DNA of 64,000 bases from Acidobacteriota bacterium (lineage in GTDB: Bacteria > Acidobacteriota > Thermoanaerobaculia > Gp7-AA8), in contig JAXDJV010000013.1 of assembly GCA_034667465.1 (NCBI GenBank), positions 188,303 through 252,302 on the forward strand. The letters run 5' to 3'. Under the pieces are notes generated by a model. That model worked only from the letters and a program-made list of their open reading frames with translations, was not told where the DNA came from and did no database searches. Each line of letters opens with the position of its first letter. Position 1 is the stretch's first letter. Positions 19,218 through 28,267 of the stretch are shown here, one piece after another. The position numbers and the translations under genes are program-made.

Positions 19218-20023
19218 GCGATGAAGCGCTCCGGCTGCTGGCGATGCGGAATGTGCGCGGCTCCGTCGATGACATGCAGCTCCGCTCCTTCAATCTTCTT
19301 CTGCAGCGCTTCCGCGTAATCGAGCGGCAGCACGCCATCGTCTTTGCCCCAGATCAATTTCACCGGCACGCGCAGCTCGCCGAAACGTCCGTCCATCATG
19401 TGCGTCACGATGTTCGTCTGCATGACGCGCAGCATCGGCGAACCGTTTGCGCGCGCGAGGAATGCGTCGATGACGAACTCCGGCGTCGCGTCGGCGGGAC
19501 CGTTCACTGCTCGCATCATCACCGCCGCCTGCTCGCGCGTGTTCGCGACCAGCGGCACCGTCATCGGCCACGACATGCCGCCGGTATCTTCGAGCGCGAG
19601 TTGCGTGACGCGTTCCGGATGCCGGAGCGCGTACAACATGCTCATCCAGCCGCCCATCGAGTTGCCGACGAGCGTGACTTTCCCACCCGTCTCTCGATCG
19701 ATGATCGCGGAGAGATCGTCGACGACGCGCATCAGATCGATCGGGCCGTCGAGAGGCGCGCTTTCGCCATGTCCCGCAAGATCCGGAATGACCAGCCGAT
19801 ACTTCGCGGCCAGCGCCGGCACGACGGCGGCCCATGTTCCGGCCTGATCGTTCACGCCGTGAATGAGCACGATCGTTTCGTCGCCCTTTCCGCCGCTGAA
19901 CCAGACGCGGCCATCTTCTTCGTGGCGCGTTAGTCCCGACATCGCGAGCGCGGCGCGCGTGGCGGCGATGAATGTTGCGATCGGATCGACAGCAGTCGAA
20001 TCAGGCACGCTCGAATCAGGCAA
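19196..20023 (-). CDS. Alpha/beta hydrolase fold protein
   Basis: 'VLIHGVNDQAGTW' followed by the 'GNSMGGW' nucleophile elbow. Overlaps the downstream ligase by 22 nt. Confidence 0.8.
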   Translation of the reverse strand: MPDSSVPDSTAVDPIATFIAATRAALAMSGLTRHEEDGRVWFSGGKGDETIVLIHGVNDQAGTWAAVVPALAAKYRLVIPDLAGHGESAPLDGPIDLMRVVDDLSAIIDRETGGKVTLVGNSMGGWMSMLYALRHPERVTQLALEDTGGMSWPMTVPLVANTREQAAVMMRAVNGPADATPEFVIDAFLARANGSPMLRVMQTNIVTHMMDGRFGELRVPVKLIWGKDDGVLPLDYAEALQKKIEGAELHVIDGAAHIPHRQQPERFIACLTGTC

Positions 20024-21044
20024 GGAGTCTCTCCTCGTTTTTCGGCAGGCGAAACGCGACCGCGGCCTGGTTGTAGCCGACGCCGGAGCCGATCAGCACG
20101 ACGAGCTCGCCGCCGCGGATCTTCTTCTGCCGCAGCGCGTCATGAAACGCCATCGGGATGCAGGCCGAACCGGTGTAGCCCCATTTCTCCATCACGGTGT
20201 GCGTCTTTTCCATCGGAAGCCCGAGGTCGTTCATGACCAGCTCGATGGTCGGCTTGCGCACCTGGGTGAAGATCAGAAAATCGATTTCGCCGACGGCGAA
20301 TCCACCGTTCTTCGCGACGGCGCGGACGAGCTTCGGCCAGCCGTCGTTGTTGATCTCGGGCGGATAGCGCTCGATCATCTTCACGCGCGTCCGTCCGTTC
20401 GCGAATGAGTCGGCGGTGATCGGCTCGACGGTGCCGCCGGCCGGAATCAGCCAGTTGCGATGCAGAGTTCCGTCGGCCGCGAACGCCGCGGCGATGAAGC
20501 CCGGCTCGCTGCTTCGCTCGAGGATCGCCGCGCCGGCGCCGTCGCCGTAAAAGAACGTCATCGGATCGTCGGGATCGGCGAGCTTGTGCATCAGGTAGAC
20601 GCCGACGACGAGCACCGTCCTCAGCTGAGGATTCGTCGCCATCAAACCGGCCGCGTTCGCGAGCGCGGTCGGAAACGACGCGCAGGCGCAGGCGACATCG
20701 AACGTGCCGGCGTTCTTCGCGCCGAGCTTCGACTGCAACACGACCGACGTCGCCGGCGTGATGTAGTCGGGCGAATCGGTTCCGAGAATGATGAGGTCGA
20801 GCTCTTCCGCTTTGCGGCCCGCGTTCGCGAGCGCCTGTTCTGCCGCACGCTTCGCGAGATCGGACGCCGCCCAGTCCGACGGCGCGCGCCAGCGGCTGCG
20901 AATCCCGCTCGCCGCTTCCATCTTGTCGACGAACGTTGGCGCACTCTCGCTGAAACGCGCGCGCAACTCATCGTTCGTCACTTCCGTCTCGGGAAGGTAC
21001 GACGACGTCGCGACGATGCTCGCGTATGCGGGCTCAGGTGCCAA
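20016..21044 (-). CDS. 3-oxoacyl-ACP synthase III (KAS III/FabH-like). The start is uncertain; the listed ORF extends to a TTG at 21146.
   Basis: 'ASIVATSSYLPE' N-terminus. Active-site Cys in 'VACACASF'. 'HQAN'/'GNTSA'-type C-terminus ('EKWGYTGSACIP'). A TTG at 21044 preceded by GGGGGA fits FabH N-terminal length. Confidence 0.7.
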   Translation of the reverse strand: MAPEPAYASIVATSSYLPETEVTNDELRARFSESAPTFVDKMEAASGIRSRWRAPSDWAASDLAKRAAEQALANAGRKAEELDLIILGTDSPDYITPATSVVLQSKLGAKNAGTFDVACACASFPTALANAAGLMATNPQLRTVLVVGVYLMHKLADPDDPMTFFYGDGAGAAILERSSEPGFIAAAFAADGTLHRNWLIPAGGTVEPITADSFANGRTRVKMIERYPPEINNDGWPKLVRAVAKNGGFAVGEIDFLIFTQVRKPTIELVMNDLGLPMEKTHTVMEKWGYTGSACIPMAFHDALRQKKIRGGELVVLIGSGVGYNQAAVAFRLPKNEERLLA

Positions 21045-21762
21045 GGACGAGTCCCCCGTCAACTGACAGCACCGTTCCGTGGATGAACTTCGCGGCGTCG
21101 GACGCCAGCCAGACATACGCGTTGGCGATGTCGTCCGGCTCACCAAGCATCCCGAGCGGCGCTTTCTGCGCCATCGTGTCGAGCACTTTCTGCGGCATCG
21201 CTTTGATCATGTCGGTGGCGATGAAACCGGGAGCGACCGCGTTCACGCGAATCCCGAACTTCCCGAGCTCGCGCGCCCACGTCTGCGTGAAACTGATCAC
21301 GCCTGCTTTCGTCGCCGCGTAATTCGTCTGACCGAAATTTCCGTAGAGACCGACGATCGACGATGCGTTCAGCACGACACCGCTTCGCTGTTTGATCATC
21401 TGCGGCACGACCGCGCGCGTGCAGACGAAGACCCCTTTGAGGTTGACGTTGACGACCGCATCGAACGTCGCATCATCCATCGTCGAGACGATCTCGCCGT
21501 CCTTCACTTTCACCAGCTGCGCGTCGCGCACGATGCCGGCGTTGTTGACGAGGACGTCGATCCGTCCGTGTTGCGCCAGCACTTCCGCAACGGCCGCATC
21601 AACCGACTCACGACTGGTGACGTCGATGCGCGGTTCGCTGGTGATGTCCCATACGACGACCTTCGCTCCTTCATCAGCGAAGCGTTCGGCGGTGGCGCGG
21701 CCGATTCCTGCCGCGCCACCGGTGACGATGACGATTTTGTCGCGGAGCCCGCTCGGGATCAC
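21034..21762 (-). CDS. SDR family oxidoreductase (3-oxoacyl-ACP reductase FabG-like)
   Basis: GTG start overlapping the TonB-dependent receptor stop. 'IVTGGAAGIGRA' Rossmann motif. 'NNAG'. Catalytic 'YAATKAGV'. The 747-aa listed ORF is an artefactual upstream extension. Confidence 0.8.
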   Translation of the reverse strand: MIPSGLRDKIVIVTGGAAGIGRATAERFADEGAKVVVWDITSEPRIDVTSRESVDAAVAEVLAQHGRIDVLVNNAGIVRDAQLVKVKDGEIVSTMDDATFDAVVNVNLKGVFVCTRAVVPQMIKQRSGVVLNASSIVGLYGNFGQTNYAATKAGVISFTQTWARELGKFGIRVNAVAPGFIATDMIKAMPQKVLDTMAQKAPLGMLGEPDDIANAYVWLASDAAKFIHGTVLSVDGGLVLGT

Positions 21763-24512
21763 TAGAACACCCAGCGAAGACCGAGCTGGAACTCGCGAGC
21801 CGGGAGCGTTGCGCGTGCAGCGCCGTAGCCGGGATTCGGAACGTAAGCCGCCGCCGGATTCGCGATGGTCGGACCGCTCAGGAACTGCGCGCCGTTGATC
21901 GACTGCACGTCGTAGTTGACGACGTTGGTGAGATTGAAGCATTCGGCGATCGCTTCGACCTGACCCCAGCCGATCGCGAATCCCTTCGTCAGACGAAGCG
22001 AGAGCTGGCGAAACGGCGGACCGTTCTCGGTGTTGCGGCCAACGCCGAGCGGACGATCGGAGTTCTTGCCGTCGCCGTTGTAGTCGTAGCCGAGGCGATG
22101 CGTCCACGGCTGGCCCGAACCGTACTCGTAAATCGGCGCGACGAGAATGCCGTACGGCGCGTGGAAGATGCCGCTGACGACGACGCGGTAATGCTCGTCG
22201 CCGCGCGCGCGGCCGTATTCGGAATTGATGCTGGCCGGATCGCTCGGGTAGCCGGTCGGGAAGTCGGGGCTGAAGTCGTCGCTGATGTTGTCCTTGTCGG
22301 CGACGGTGAGCGACGCGGTGATCAGATCGTTCTTCCGGATCGAGCCGTTGAGGCTGACGACGATCGCGCGATAACGCGAGCGGCCGTCGTTCGTGTACAT
22401 GTTGATCTGGTCGTACGAGGTGTTCGGGCGAACGTGCGTGGCGTTGCCGCTCCAGTTCACATCGCGAATGACGATCTCGTGCTCGCCCTTCACGTAGATT
22501 CCTTCGGTGTCGAGATAGAGACGCGAGTCGCCGAGCTTCATCGTGTAGCCGAGTGAGACCTGCGTCGATTCCGGCGACTCGAGATCGGGCGCGAGCAGCG
22601 CGATGGCCGGCTTCGAAACGATGCCGGTATTGCGCGGGTTGTTCGGATCGAGCGCCAGCGACGGGAAGCCGAGGAGCGCGCCGTTGATGCGCGTGTAGGT
22701 GACGCGTCCGGTCTCGCCATTCTGCTGCAGTTCGGTGAGTGCCGGCACGAGGAGGAAGCGGCCGGTGAAGCGGCCCGCGCCGCCGCGAACGACGCTGGTG
22801 CCGTCGCCGCGCAGGTCGTAGTTGAAGGATGCGCGCGGCTGATAGTTGTTCGTGTCGCGCTTGCGCGGATTCGGAATCAGCGCGTGATGGAAGCCGGCGT
22901 TGTTGCCGTTCGTATCGAGGTCGTAGCGAAGACCGAGGTTGACGAGGAGCTTCGTCGACGGGCGCCACGAATCTTCGATGAAGGCGCCGTAAAGATTCGT
23001 GCTCGTGTCGACGTCCGACGATCCGACGCCGTACGCGTACGCAAGCGGCAGCGCCTTCGTATCGGTCAGATAGATGAAGAGCCCTTCCTGATACGTGTCG
23101 ATGCGCAGGCGCTCCGAAACGTGCTGCAGCGAAACGCCGCCTTTGAGGTCGTGCGAGCCGTTGCCGGCGGCGAGATGGTGATGCAGCGTGTCGCGCAGTT
23201 CCCAGTTCGAACCGTCGCCGAGCAGATCGCCGAGGATGTTCGAGCCGGTCATCAATGTGTTGCCGGACGAGTACCACTCCGCGACGCCGTTCGAATTCGT
23301 CGGCTCAAAAAAACGGCGCGTGCCGTATTGCGCACGTGCCTCGTTCGAAGTCGAGCCGGAGATGAACGTGTTGTGCTCGAAGGTCGTGTTCCAGTTCTTG
23401 CGCTCGAGCGTCTGACCGTACGACGCATCTGCGACGCCGCCGACGCGGAAGTTGTCTTCGGTGTAATTCTCGTAGACCGCTTTGACGCCGGCCGTCATCG
23501 TCGCGCTGAGGTTCGTGTCGAGGCTGCCGAAGACGAGCGTCTGATCGAACGGATGCGAAATGTCTGCGGCCCGCGATGCGAACGCGCCGCCGGGACGATA
23601 GAGGACGATGTTCTTCTCGTTGATCTGCTCGACGGAGCCGAAGTAGAACAACTTGTCGCGCATGGCCGGACCGCCGATGGTGAAGCCGAGCTGGCGGCGC
23701 GAGTAGTCATCGTTCTTCTTCAGGTCGAGCGCCCCCTGCGAACGGAGTGCGCTGTCGCGGAAGAAACCGAAGACGCTGCCGCTGATGTCGTTCGTTCCCG
23801 ACTTGGTGACGATCGAGAGCGCGCCGCCGGCGGAGCCGCCGATCTCCGTGTCGAAGCGATTCGTGATGACGCGGAACTCGCGCACCGCGTCCTGACTGAA
23901 GCGCGCGCGGGCCAGACCGTTGACCTGGTCGGTGAGATCGACGCCGTTCACAAAGATCGTCGTCTGCGACGCGTTGCCGCCGGCGCCGACGACCGGTCCG
24001 CCGTTGATGAAGCGGAAGCCGCCGCGCTCGCGCTGGACGCCGGGGGCGATGAATGCGAGGCGCTGGAAGTCGCGATCGGCGACCGGCAGCGCGGCGATCT
24101 GCTCGGGAAGAATGTTCGTCGAGCTGTCGGTCTTCATGACGTCGACGATCGGCGACTCGGCGCTGACCGTGATCGTCTCGCTCGCCTGCGCGTGCATCGC
24201 GACGCTCAGCTTCGCTTCCTGTCCGACGCGGATCGTCAGGTTCTGTTCGCGCACCGGCGCGAATCCTTCGAGCATGAACTGCACGCGATAGTTCCCCGGC
24301 GTCAGCGCGAGGAAGCGAGCGCTGCCGGCTGAGTCGGTGACCGCCGTGGTTGTGAAGCCGGTCTCCGGCCGCGCGACCGTGACGGTCACGCCCGGAAGCG
24401 GCGAGCGCGCCTGATCGAGCGCGATCGCTTCGATGGAGCCTTTGTCGATCTGAGCAAAAGCGTTAATCGAGAAGAGAAGGAGGAACGCGAGGAGCACCGC
24501 CGTTTTTCGCAT
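21762..24512 (-). CDS. TonB-dependent receptor with an N-terminal carboxypeptidase-regulatory-like domain
   Basis: Internal start 'MRKTAVLLAFLLLFSINAFAQ' (signal peptide). 'TVTVARPETGFTTTAVTDSAGSARF' CarbopepD_reg. Plug and barrel. C-terminal 'FQLGLRWVF'. Upstream AAGGA Shine-Dalgarno. Confidence 0.8.
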   Translation of the reverse strand: MRKTAVLLAFLLLFSINAFAQIDKGSIEAIALDQARSPLPGVTVTVARPETGFTTTAVTDSAGSARFLALTPGNYRVQFMLEGFAPVREQNLTIRVGQEAKLSVAMHAQASETITVSAESPIVDVMKTDSSTNILPEQIAALPVADRDFQRLAFIAPGVQRERGGFRFINGGPVVGAGGNASQTTIFVNGVDLTDQVNGLARARFSQDAVREFRVITNRFDTEIGGSAGGALSIVTKSGTNDISGSVFGFFRDSALRSQGALDLKKNDDYSRRQLGFTIGGPAMRDKLFYFGSVEQINEKNIVLYRPGGAFASRAADISHPFDQTLVFGSLDTNLSATMTAGVKAVYENYTEDNFRVGGVADASYGQTLERKNWNTTFEHNTFISGSTSNEARAQYGTRRFFEPTNSNGVAEWYSSGNTLMTGSNILGDLLGDGSNWELRDTLHHHLAAGNGSHDLKGGVSLQHVSERLRIDTYQEGLFIYLTDTKALPLAYAYGVGSSDVDTSTNLYGAFIEDSWRPSTKLLVNLGLRYDLDTNGNNAGFHHALIPNPRKRDTNNYQPRASFNYDLRGDGTSVVRGGAGRFTGRFLLVPALTELQQNGETGRVTYTRINGALLGFPSLALDPNNPRNTGIVSKPAIALLAPDLESPESTQVSLGYTMKLGDSRLYLDTEGIYVKGEHEIVIRDVNWSGNATHVRPNTSYDQINMYTNDGRSRYRAIVVSLNGSIRKNDLITASLTVADKDNISDDFSPDFPTGYPSDPASINSEYGRARGDEHYRVVVSGIFHAPYGILVAPIYEYGSGQPWTHRLGYDYNGDGKNSDRPLGVGRNTENGPPFRQLSLRLTKGFAIGWGQVEAIAECFNLTNVVNYDVQSINGAQFLSGPTIANPAAAYVPNPGYGAARATLPAREFQLGLRWVF

Positions 24513-24520
24513 CGTTAGTC

Positions 24521-24552
24521 CTTTTAAAGCAGTCCTGAGTCCTGAGTCCTGA
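24521..24552. repeat. Tandem heptamer (agtcctg x3, then agtgctc) in the TonB-dependent receptor leader
   Basis: gagtcctgagtcctgagtcctgagtgct, 10-40 nt upstream of the receptor ATG (minus strand). Related to the GAGTGCT heptads of the REP-like family. Confidence 0.6.
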
Positions 24553-24664
24553 GTGCTCGACGCGGGCATGACGCGCAGTTTCTTACTCGTCATTTGCCGT
24601 CCGGGCGGTCGGTTTGTTGTGATGGCGCGAATGTTAGGTCTGCCGGGCGCGTCTGTCAAGCCGG

Positions 24665-24760
24665 GAAAGGTGCTGAGTGCGAAGTGCTGAGTGCTGAGTC
24701 GGAAAATTGGCGGTCGCACCTGACTCAGCACTCTGCACTCAGCACTCAGCACCTCACAGG
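24665..24760. repeat. REP-like palindromic element, copy B
   Basis: ggtgctgagtgcgaagtgctgagtgctgagtc ... gactcagcactctgcactcagcactcagcacc, in the divergent region between the TonB-dependent receptor and pspA. Confidence 0.7.
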
Positions 24761-24776
24761 CTCGGGCGGCGGGACT

Positions 24777-25541
24777 ATGATTTACGGCATGTTCAATCGC
24801 ATCGGGAACCTCTTCCGCGGTTTCTTCGGCCTCTTCGTCTCCGGCATGGAGCGTCGCAATCCGGAGGCGCTGCTCGAAGTGGAGAAGGAAAATCTTCGCA
24901 AGCAGATCGCGAGCTACAACCAGGGGCTCGCCGCGCATGCCGGACTTTGCGAGCGGCTGATGACGCAGGTCCGCAAGCTCGAAACGGACGAGCGCGACGC
25001 GCGCGCGAAGACGGCCGCGAATCTCCGCGCGGGCAATCGTGAGATTGCCGCGCAGCACGCGCTGCGGCTGCAGAGCATCACCGAAAATCTCGCCGAGACG
25101 CGGCTGCAGCTCGAACATGGCGAGACGACCTATCGCGAACTGATCAAGGCGCGCGACGTCGCCGTGAAAGCGGCGCAGGTAAAGCTCGCTTCCCTCAAAC
25201 ATTCGCTCGACGATCTGAAGATCAAGCGCGCCACCGCCGAGCTTACCGAGATGGCGTCCGGAATGATCACGACCATCGGCGGCTCGGGCGACACGCTCGA
25301 TCGTCTGCACACGATGGTCGAAGAAGAACGCGAGAAAGCAGCAGGACGCGCACGCGTCGCGCGCGACACGCTGTCGACGTCCGAACTGGCGCTGAAAGAA
25401 GAAGAGCAGCGCGCGCTGGAAGCGCAGGCACTCGATGAGTTCGTCGCGCGCGAAGGCTTCCAGATCGAGGGGACGGGAACCGCGACGACCGAAGGCGCTC
25501 TGCCGCACGCCGTCGACGTGAAACTGATCCCGCCGAAGTGA
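24777..25541 (+). CDS. pspA: PspA/IM30 family protein
   Basis: 'MIYGMFNRIGNLFRGFFGLFVSGMERRNPEALLEVEKENLRKQIASYNQGLAAHAG' matches the PspA N-terminal amphipathic helix and coiled coil. The listed ORF start (24594) reads through the repeat. Confidence 0.8.
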   Translation: MIYGMFNRIGNLFRGFFGLFVSGMERRNPEALLEVEKENLRKQIASYNQGLAAHAGLCERLMTQVRKLETDERDARAKTAANLRAGNREIAAQHALRLQSITENLAETRLQLEHGETTYRELIKARDVAVKAAQVKLASLKHSLDDLKIKRATAELTEMASGMITTIGGSGDTLDRLHTMVEEEREKAAGRARVARDTLSTSELALKEEEQRALEAQALDEFVAREGFQIEGTGTATTEGALPHAVDVKLIPPK

Positions 25542-26155
25542 TCAGCGGGCTGGAGCTCTTCGGACTCGCTCTCCTCGCCGGCGGCGCGGCCACGATGTGG
25601 GTGCGCAACGCCGAGGCGAGATTTCGGGCGATGCACACGCTGCCGCCCAGCGAGCATGACGCGGCGCTGCGTCAGCTCGGCACGCCGGCGCGCGATCGCG
25701 CCAAAGCGCTGGCGGCGAAGTGCGCGAAGACGCTCGCGGCGTACGGCACGTCGGACGATCTCGTCATCGACGGCAATCGCCGGGCGCTCGAAGAGCTGAC
25801 GCGGATGCACCTCCGTCTCCTCACCGCGCATCGCGAGATCATCACGCTCGACGTCGTGAAGGACGCGCCGTCGCTGCGCAAACAGATCGCGTCGGCGGAG
25901 ACGTCGATCGCCGTCGCCGAGTCGGAAGAGCTGCGCGAATCGCGCGCGGCGACGGCTGCGATTCTTCGTCGCCGGCTCGACAACGTGACGCGCCGCGAGA
26001 CGCTCCTCTCGCAGATCGAGAGCGACCTGGAGCGGATCGAAGCGCAGATCGATCTGGCGCTCGAAGACGCGACGCTGAATCGGACGCCCGCTCCTGTCTC
26101 GCATTCGATCGAGCTGGCCAGCGGACTCTTCGACGAAACGCTGCGTCAGGCATAG
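25538..26155 (+). CDS. Hypothetical coiled-coil protein with an N-terminal hydrophobic helix (PspA-associated)
   Basis: GTG start overlapping the pspA stop (GTGA). 'MISGLELFGLALLAGGAATMWV' TM segment, then a helical region. Confidence 0.5.
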   Translation: MISGLELFGLALLAGGAATMWVRNAEARFRAMHTLPPSEHDAALRQLGTPARDRAKALAAKCAKTLAAYGTSDDLVIDGNRRALEELTRMHLRLLTAHREIITLDVVKDAPSLRKQIASAETSIAVAESEELRESRAATAAILRRRLDNVTRRETLLSQIESDLERIEAQIDLALEDATLNRTPAPVSHSIELASGLFDETLRQA

Positions 26156-26166
26156 AATCCCGCCGC

Positions 26167-26799
26167 ATGTCGCTCCTCGCTCAACGCAAGAACCCCAGTG
26201 CGCCGCCTCGCCTCGACGGAAAAGAGCTGCTCGTCGGTCCCGACCCGAGCGTCTCCCGCGTGAAGGGCGTGATGTTCGGCGCGCGCAAACAGTTTCTCGT
26301 CGACACCGTCGGCGAGGAAGGCCTGGCCCGCGTCGTAGCGCGGCTTTCACCGCGCACCGCCGGCTACGTGAAGACGCCGCTGGCGTCGAGCTGGTGCGAG
26401 TTCGAATCGCTGGTGGAGCTCGATCGCGCGATCTACGACGAGCTGAAAGCAAAGCATCCGAACGTGCTCGCGCTGATCGGCGCCGCATCCGCGGAGCTCG
26501 GCATCGGCAAGGTGTACAAATCGCTCGACAGCACGGAACTGCTGAAGTTCCTGGAGAGCATCGCGCTCTTTCACACGCAGTATCAGAAGTTCGGCCGCGT
26601 GAAGTTCGAGAAGACGCCGAATGGCGGCCGAATGATCTACACCGACTACCCCTGCTACTCCCCCATCTTCTGCGCCAGCGCCCTCGGCTTCTTCCTCGAA
26701 TCAATCCTCCGCCACGGCGGAACCGATCCGAGCGTGAACGAGACGAGATGTCAGACGCATGGGGATGCTTCTTGTACGTTTGAGATGGCCTGGAGATGA
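26167..26799 (+). CDS. V4R (4-vinyl reductase)-like domain protein, DUF2378-like
   Basis: C-terminal 'ETRCQTHGDASCTFEMAW' matches the V4R C..GD..C.F motif. The listed ORF start (25720) is an Arg-rich artefact. In-frame ATG at 26167 follows the previous stop. Confidence 0.5.
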   Translation: MSLLAQRKNPSAPPRLDGKELLVGPDPSVSRVKGVMFGARKQFLVDTVGEEGLARVVARLSPRTAGYVKTPLASSWCEFESLVELDRAIYDELKAKHPNVLALIGAASAELGIGKVYKSLDSTELLKFLESIALFHTQYQKFGRVKFEKTPNGGRMIYTDYPCYSPIFCASALGFFLESILRHGGTDPSVNETRCQTHGDASCTFEMAWR

Positions 26800-26935
26800 A
26801 GGCATGAGGTATGAGTAATGAGGCATGAGTAAAAGCCTCTGACTCACCACTCATGCCTCATCACTCATGCCTCATTACTCATGCCTCATTACTCATGCCT
26901 CATTACTCATGCCTCATTACTCATACCTCATGCCT
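26800..26935. repeat. Hairpin plus a tandem 14-mer array (atgcctcat[t/c]actc, about 5 copies) immediately upstream of, and running into, the MBL-rhodanese start
   Basis: Direct reading: 14-nt units at 26853, 26867, 26881, 26895 and 26909. The left arm (26803..26838) is their reverse complement. Confidence 0.75.
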
Positions 26936-28267
26936 CTCTTTAAGCAGTTCTACCTCCCCTGCCTCGCCCACGCCTCCTACGTAATCGCCTCCAACGGCGA
27001 GGCGGCGATCGTTGATCCGCGGCGTGATGTCGATGAGTACATCGAATTCGCGCGCGAGCATGGGCTGACGATTCGTTACGTCATTGAGACGCATCTGCAT
27101 GCCGATTTCGTGAGCGGGCATCGGGAGCTGGCGGAGCGGACCGGGGCGGAGATCGTGTTTGGGGCGCGGGCGGCGGCGGAGTTGCCGCATCGCGCGGTGC
27201 GTGATGGCGATGTGCTGCGCGTTGGCGCGCTGGAGTTGCGCGCCATGGAAACGCCGGGACATACGCCGGAGTCGATCTCGTGGCTGATCATTGAAGACGG
27301 CGTGCCGCGGCGCGTGCTGACCGGCGACACGCTGTTCATCGGCGACGTCGGCCGTCCCGATCTCGCCGGCTCGCGCGGATTCACGTCGGAGCAGATGGCG
27401 TCGATGCTTTACGACTCGCTGCACGAGAAGCTGCTCGCGCTTCCCGACGATGTCGAAGTCTGGCCGGCGCATGGCGCAGGGTCGGCATGCGGACGGAACA
27501 TCTCGAAAGAAACATCGTCGACGATCGGCGTGCAGCGCCGGACCAACCACGCGCTCGCGCCGATGTCGCGCGAGGAGTTCGTCAACATGATGACTACCGG
27601 CATCTCGGCGCCGCCGGCGTACTTTCCGTACGACGCGGAGCTGAATCGCCGCGGCGCGCGTCCGCTCGCGGAACTGACCGCGAAGCCGCTCGCTGCTGAT
27701 GAGATCCGCGCAATGCGCGCAACGATTCTCGACGTCCGCGACGCCGCGTCATTCGGCGCAGGTCATGTCGCCAGCGCCGTCAACATCGGTCTCGATGGTC
27801 AGTTCGCATCGTGGTGCGGCACGCTGCTTCGCTCCGACGCGACGCTCGTCGTCTTCGCCGCGTCCACGCAGAAAGCGGCCGAAGCGGTGATGCGTCTCGC
27901 GCGCATCGGCTACGAAAACGTCGCCGGTTACACGACGTCGCTCGATGGCTTCGAAGTCGCGCCGCTCGGACAGATGAGCGTCGCCGAACTGCACGCCGCC
28001 CCGCTGCGCGTGGTCGACGTCCGCGGTCCCGGCGAGTACAGCGCGGGTCACGTTCCCGACGCGATCAACATTCCGCTGCCCGAGCTTTCCGCGCGGCTCG
28101 GCGAGATCGATCGCGATGGCGCACTCGCCGTGATCTGCGCCGGCGGCTATCGCTCATCGGCGGCCGCGAGTCTGCTCGCGCAGGCCGGTTTCGCGCATGT
28201 GATCAACGTCGCCGGCGGTACGTCGGCGTGGGTGCGCGAAGGCTTCGCGACCGACGTCTCAGCCTGA
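26930..28267 (+). CDS. MBL-fold metallo-hydrolase (persulfide dioxygenase/ETHE1-like) fused to two rhodanese domains
   Basis: 'HLHADFVSGH' metal-binding motif. 'TPGHTPESI'. 'GDTLFIGDVGRPD'. Two rhodanese folds, the second with the active-site 'ICAGGYRS'. N-terminus 'MPLFKQFYLP' fits ETHE1-like starts. Confidence 0.8.
   Translation: MPLFKQFYLPCLAHASYVIASNGEAAIVDPRRDVDEYIEFAREHGLTIRYVIETHLHADFVSGHRELAERTGAEIVFGARAAAELPHRAVRDGDVLRVGALELRAMETPGHTPESISWLIIEDGVPRRVLTGDTLFIGDVGRPDLAGSRGFTSEQMASMLYDSLHEKLLALPDDVEVWPAHGAGSACGRNISKETSSTIGVQRRTNHALAPMSREEFVNMMTTGISAPPAYFPYDAELNRRGARPLAELTAKPLAADEIRAMRATILDVRDAASFGAGHVASAVNIGLDGQFASWCGTLLRSDATLVVFAASTQKAAEAVMRLARIGYENVAGYTTSLDGFEVAPLGQMSVAELHAAPLRVVDVRGPGEYSAGHVPDAINIPLPELSARLGEIDRDGALAVICAGGYRSSAAASLLAQAGFAHVINVAGGTSAWVREGFATDVSA

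Noticed and set aside
21762-25508. Full 1248-aa extent of the TonB-dependent receptor ORF, and the 747-aa extent of the SDR ORF (21034..23277)
   Set aside because: The upstream portions are low-complexity and run through the REP element and the neighbouring gene. The real starts are the internal signal-peptide ATG (24512) and the GTG at 21762.
26853-26935. Possible CRISPR array (short tandem repeats)
   Set aside because: The units are 14 nt, directly abutting with no spacers, and they form one arm of a hairpin. No cas genes are nearby. Classified as a tandem repeat and hairpin.
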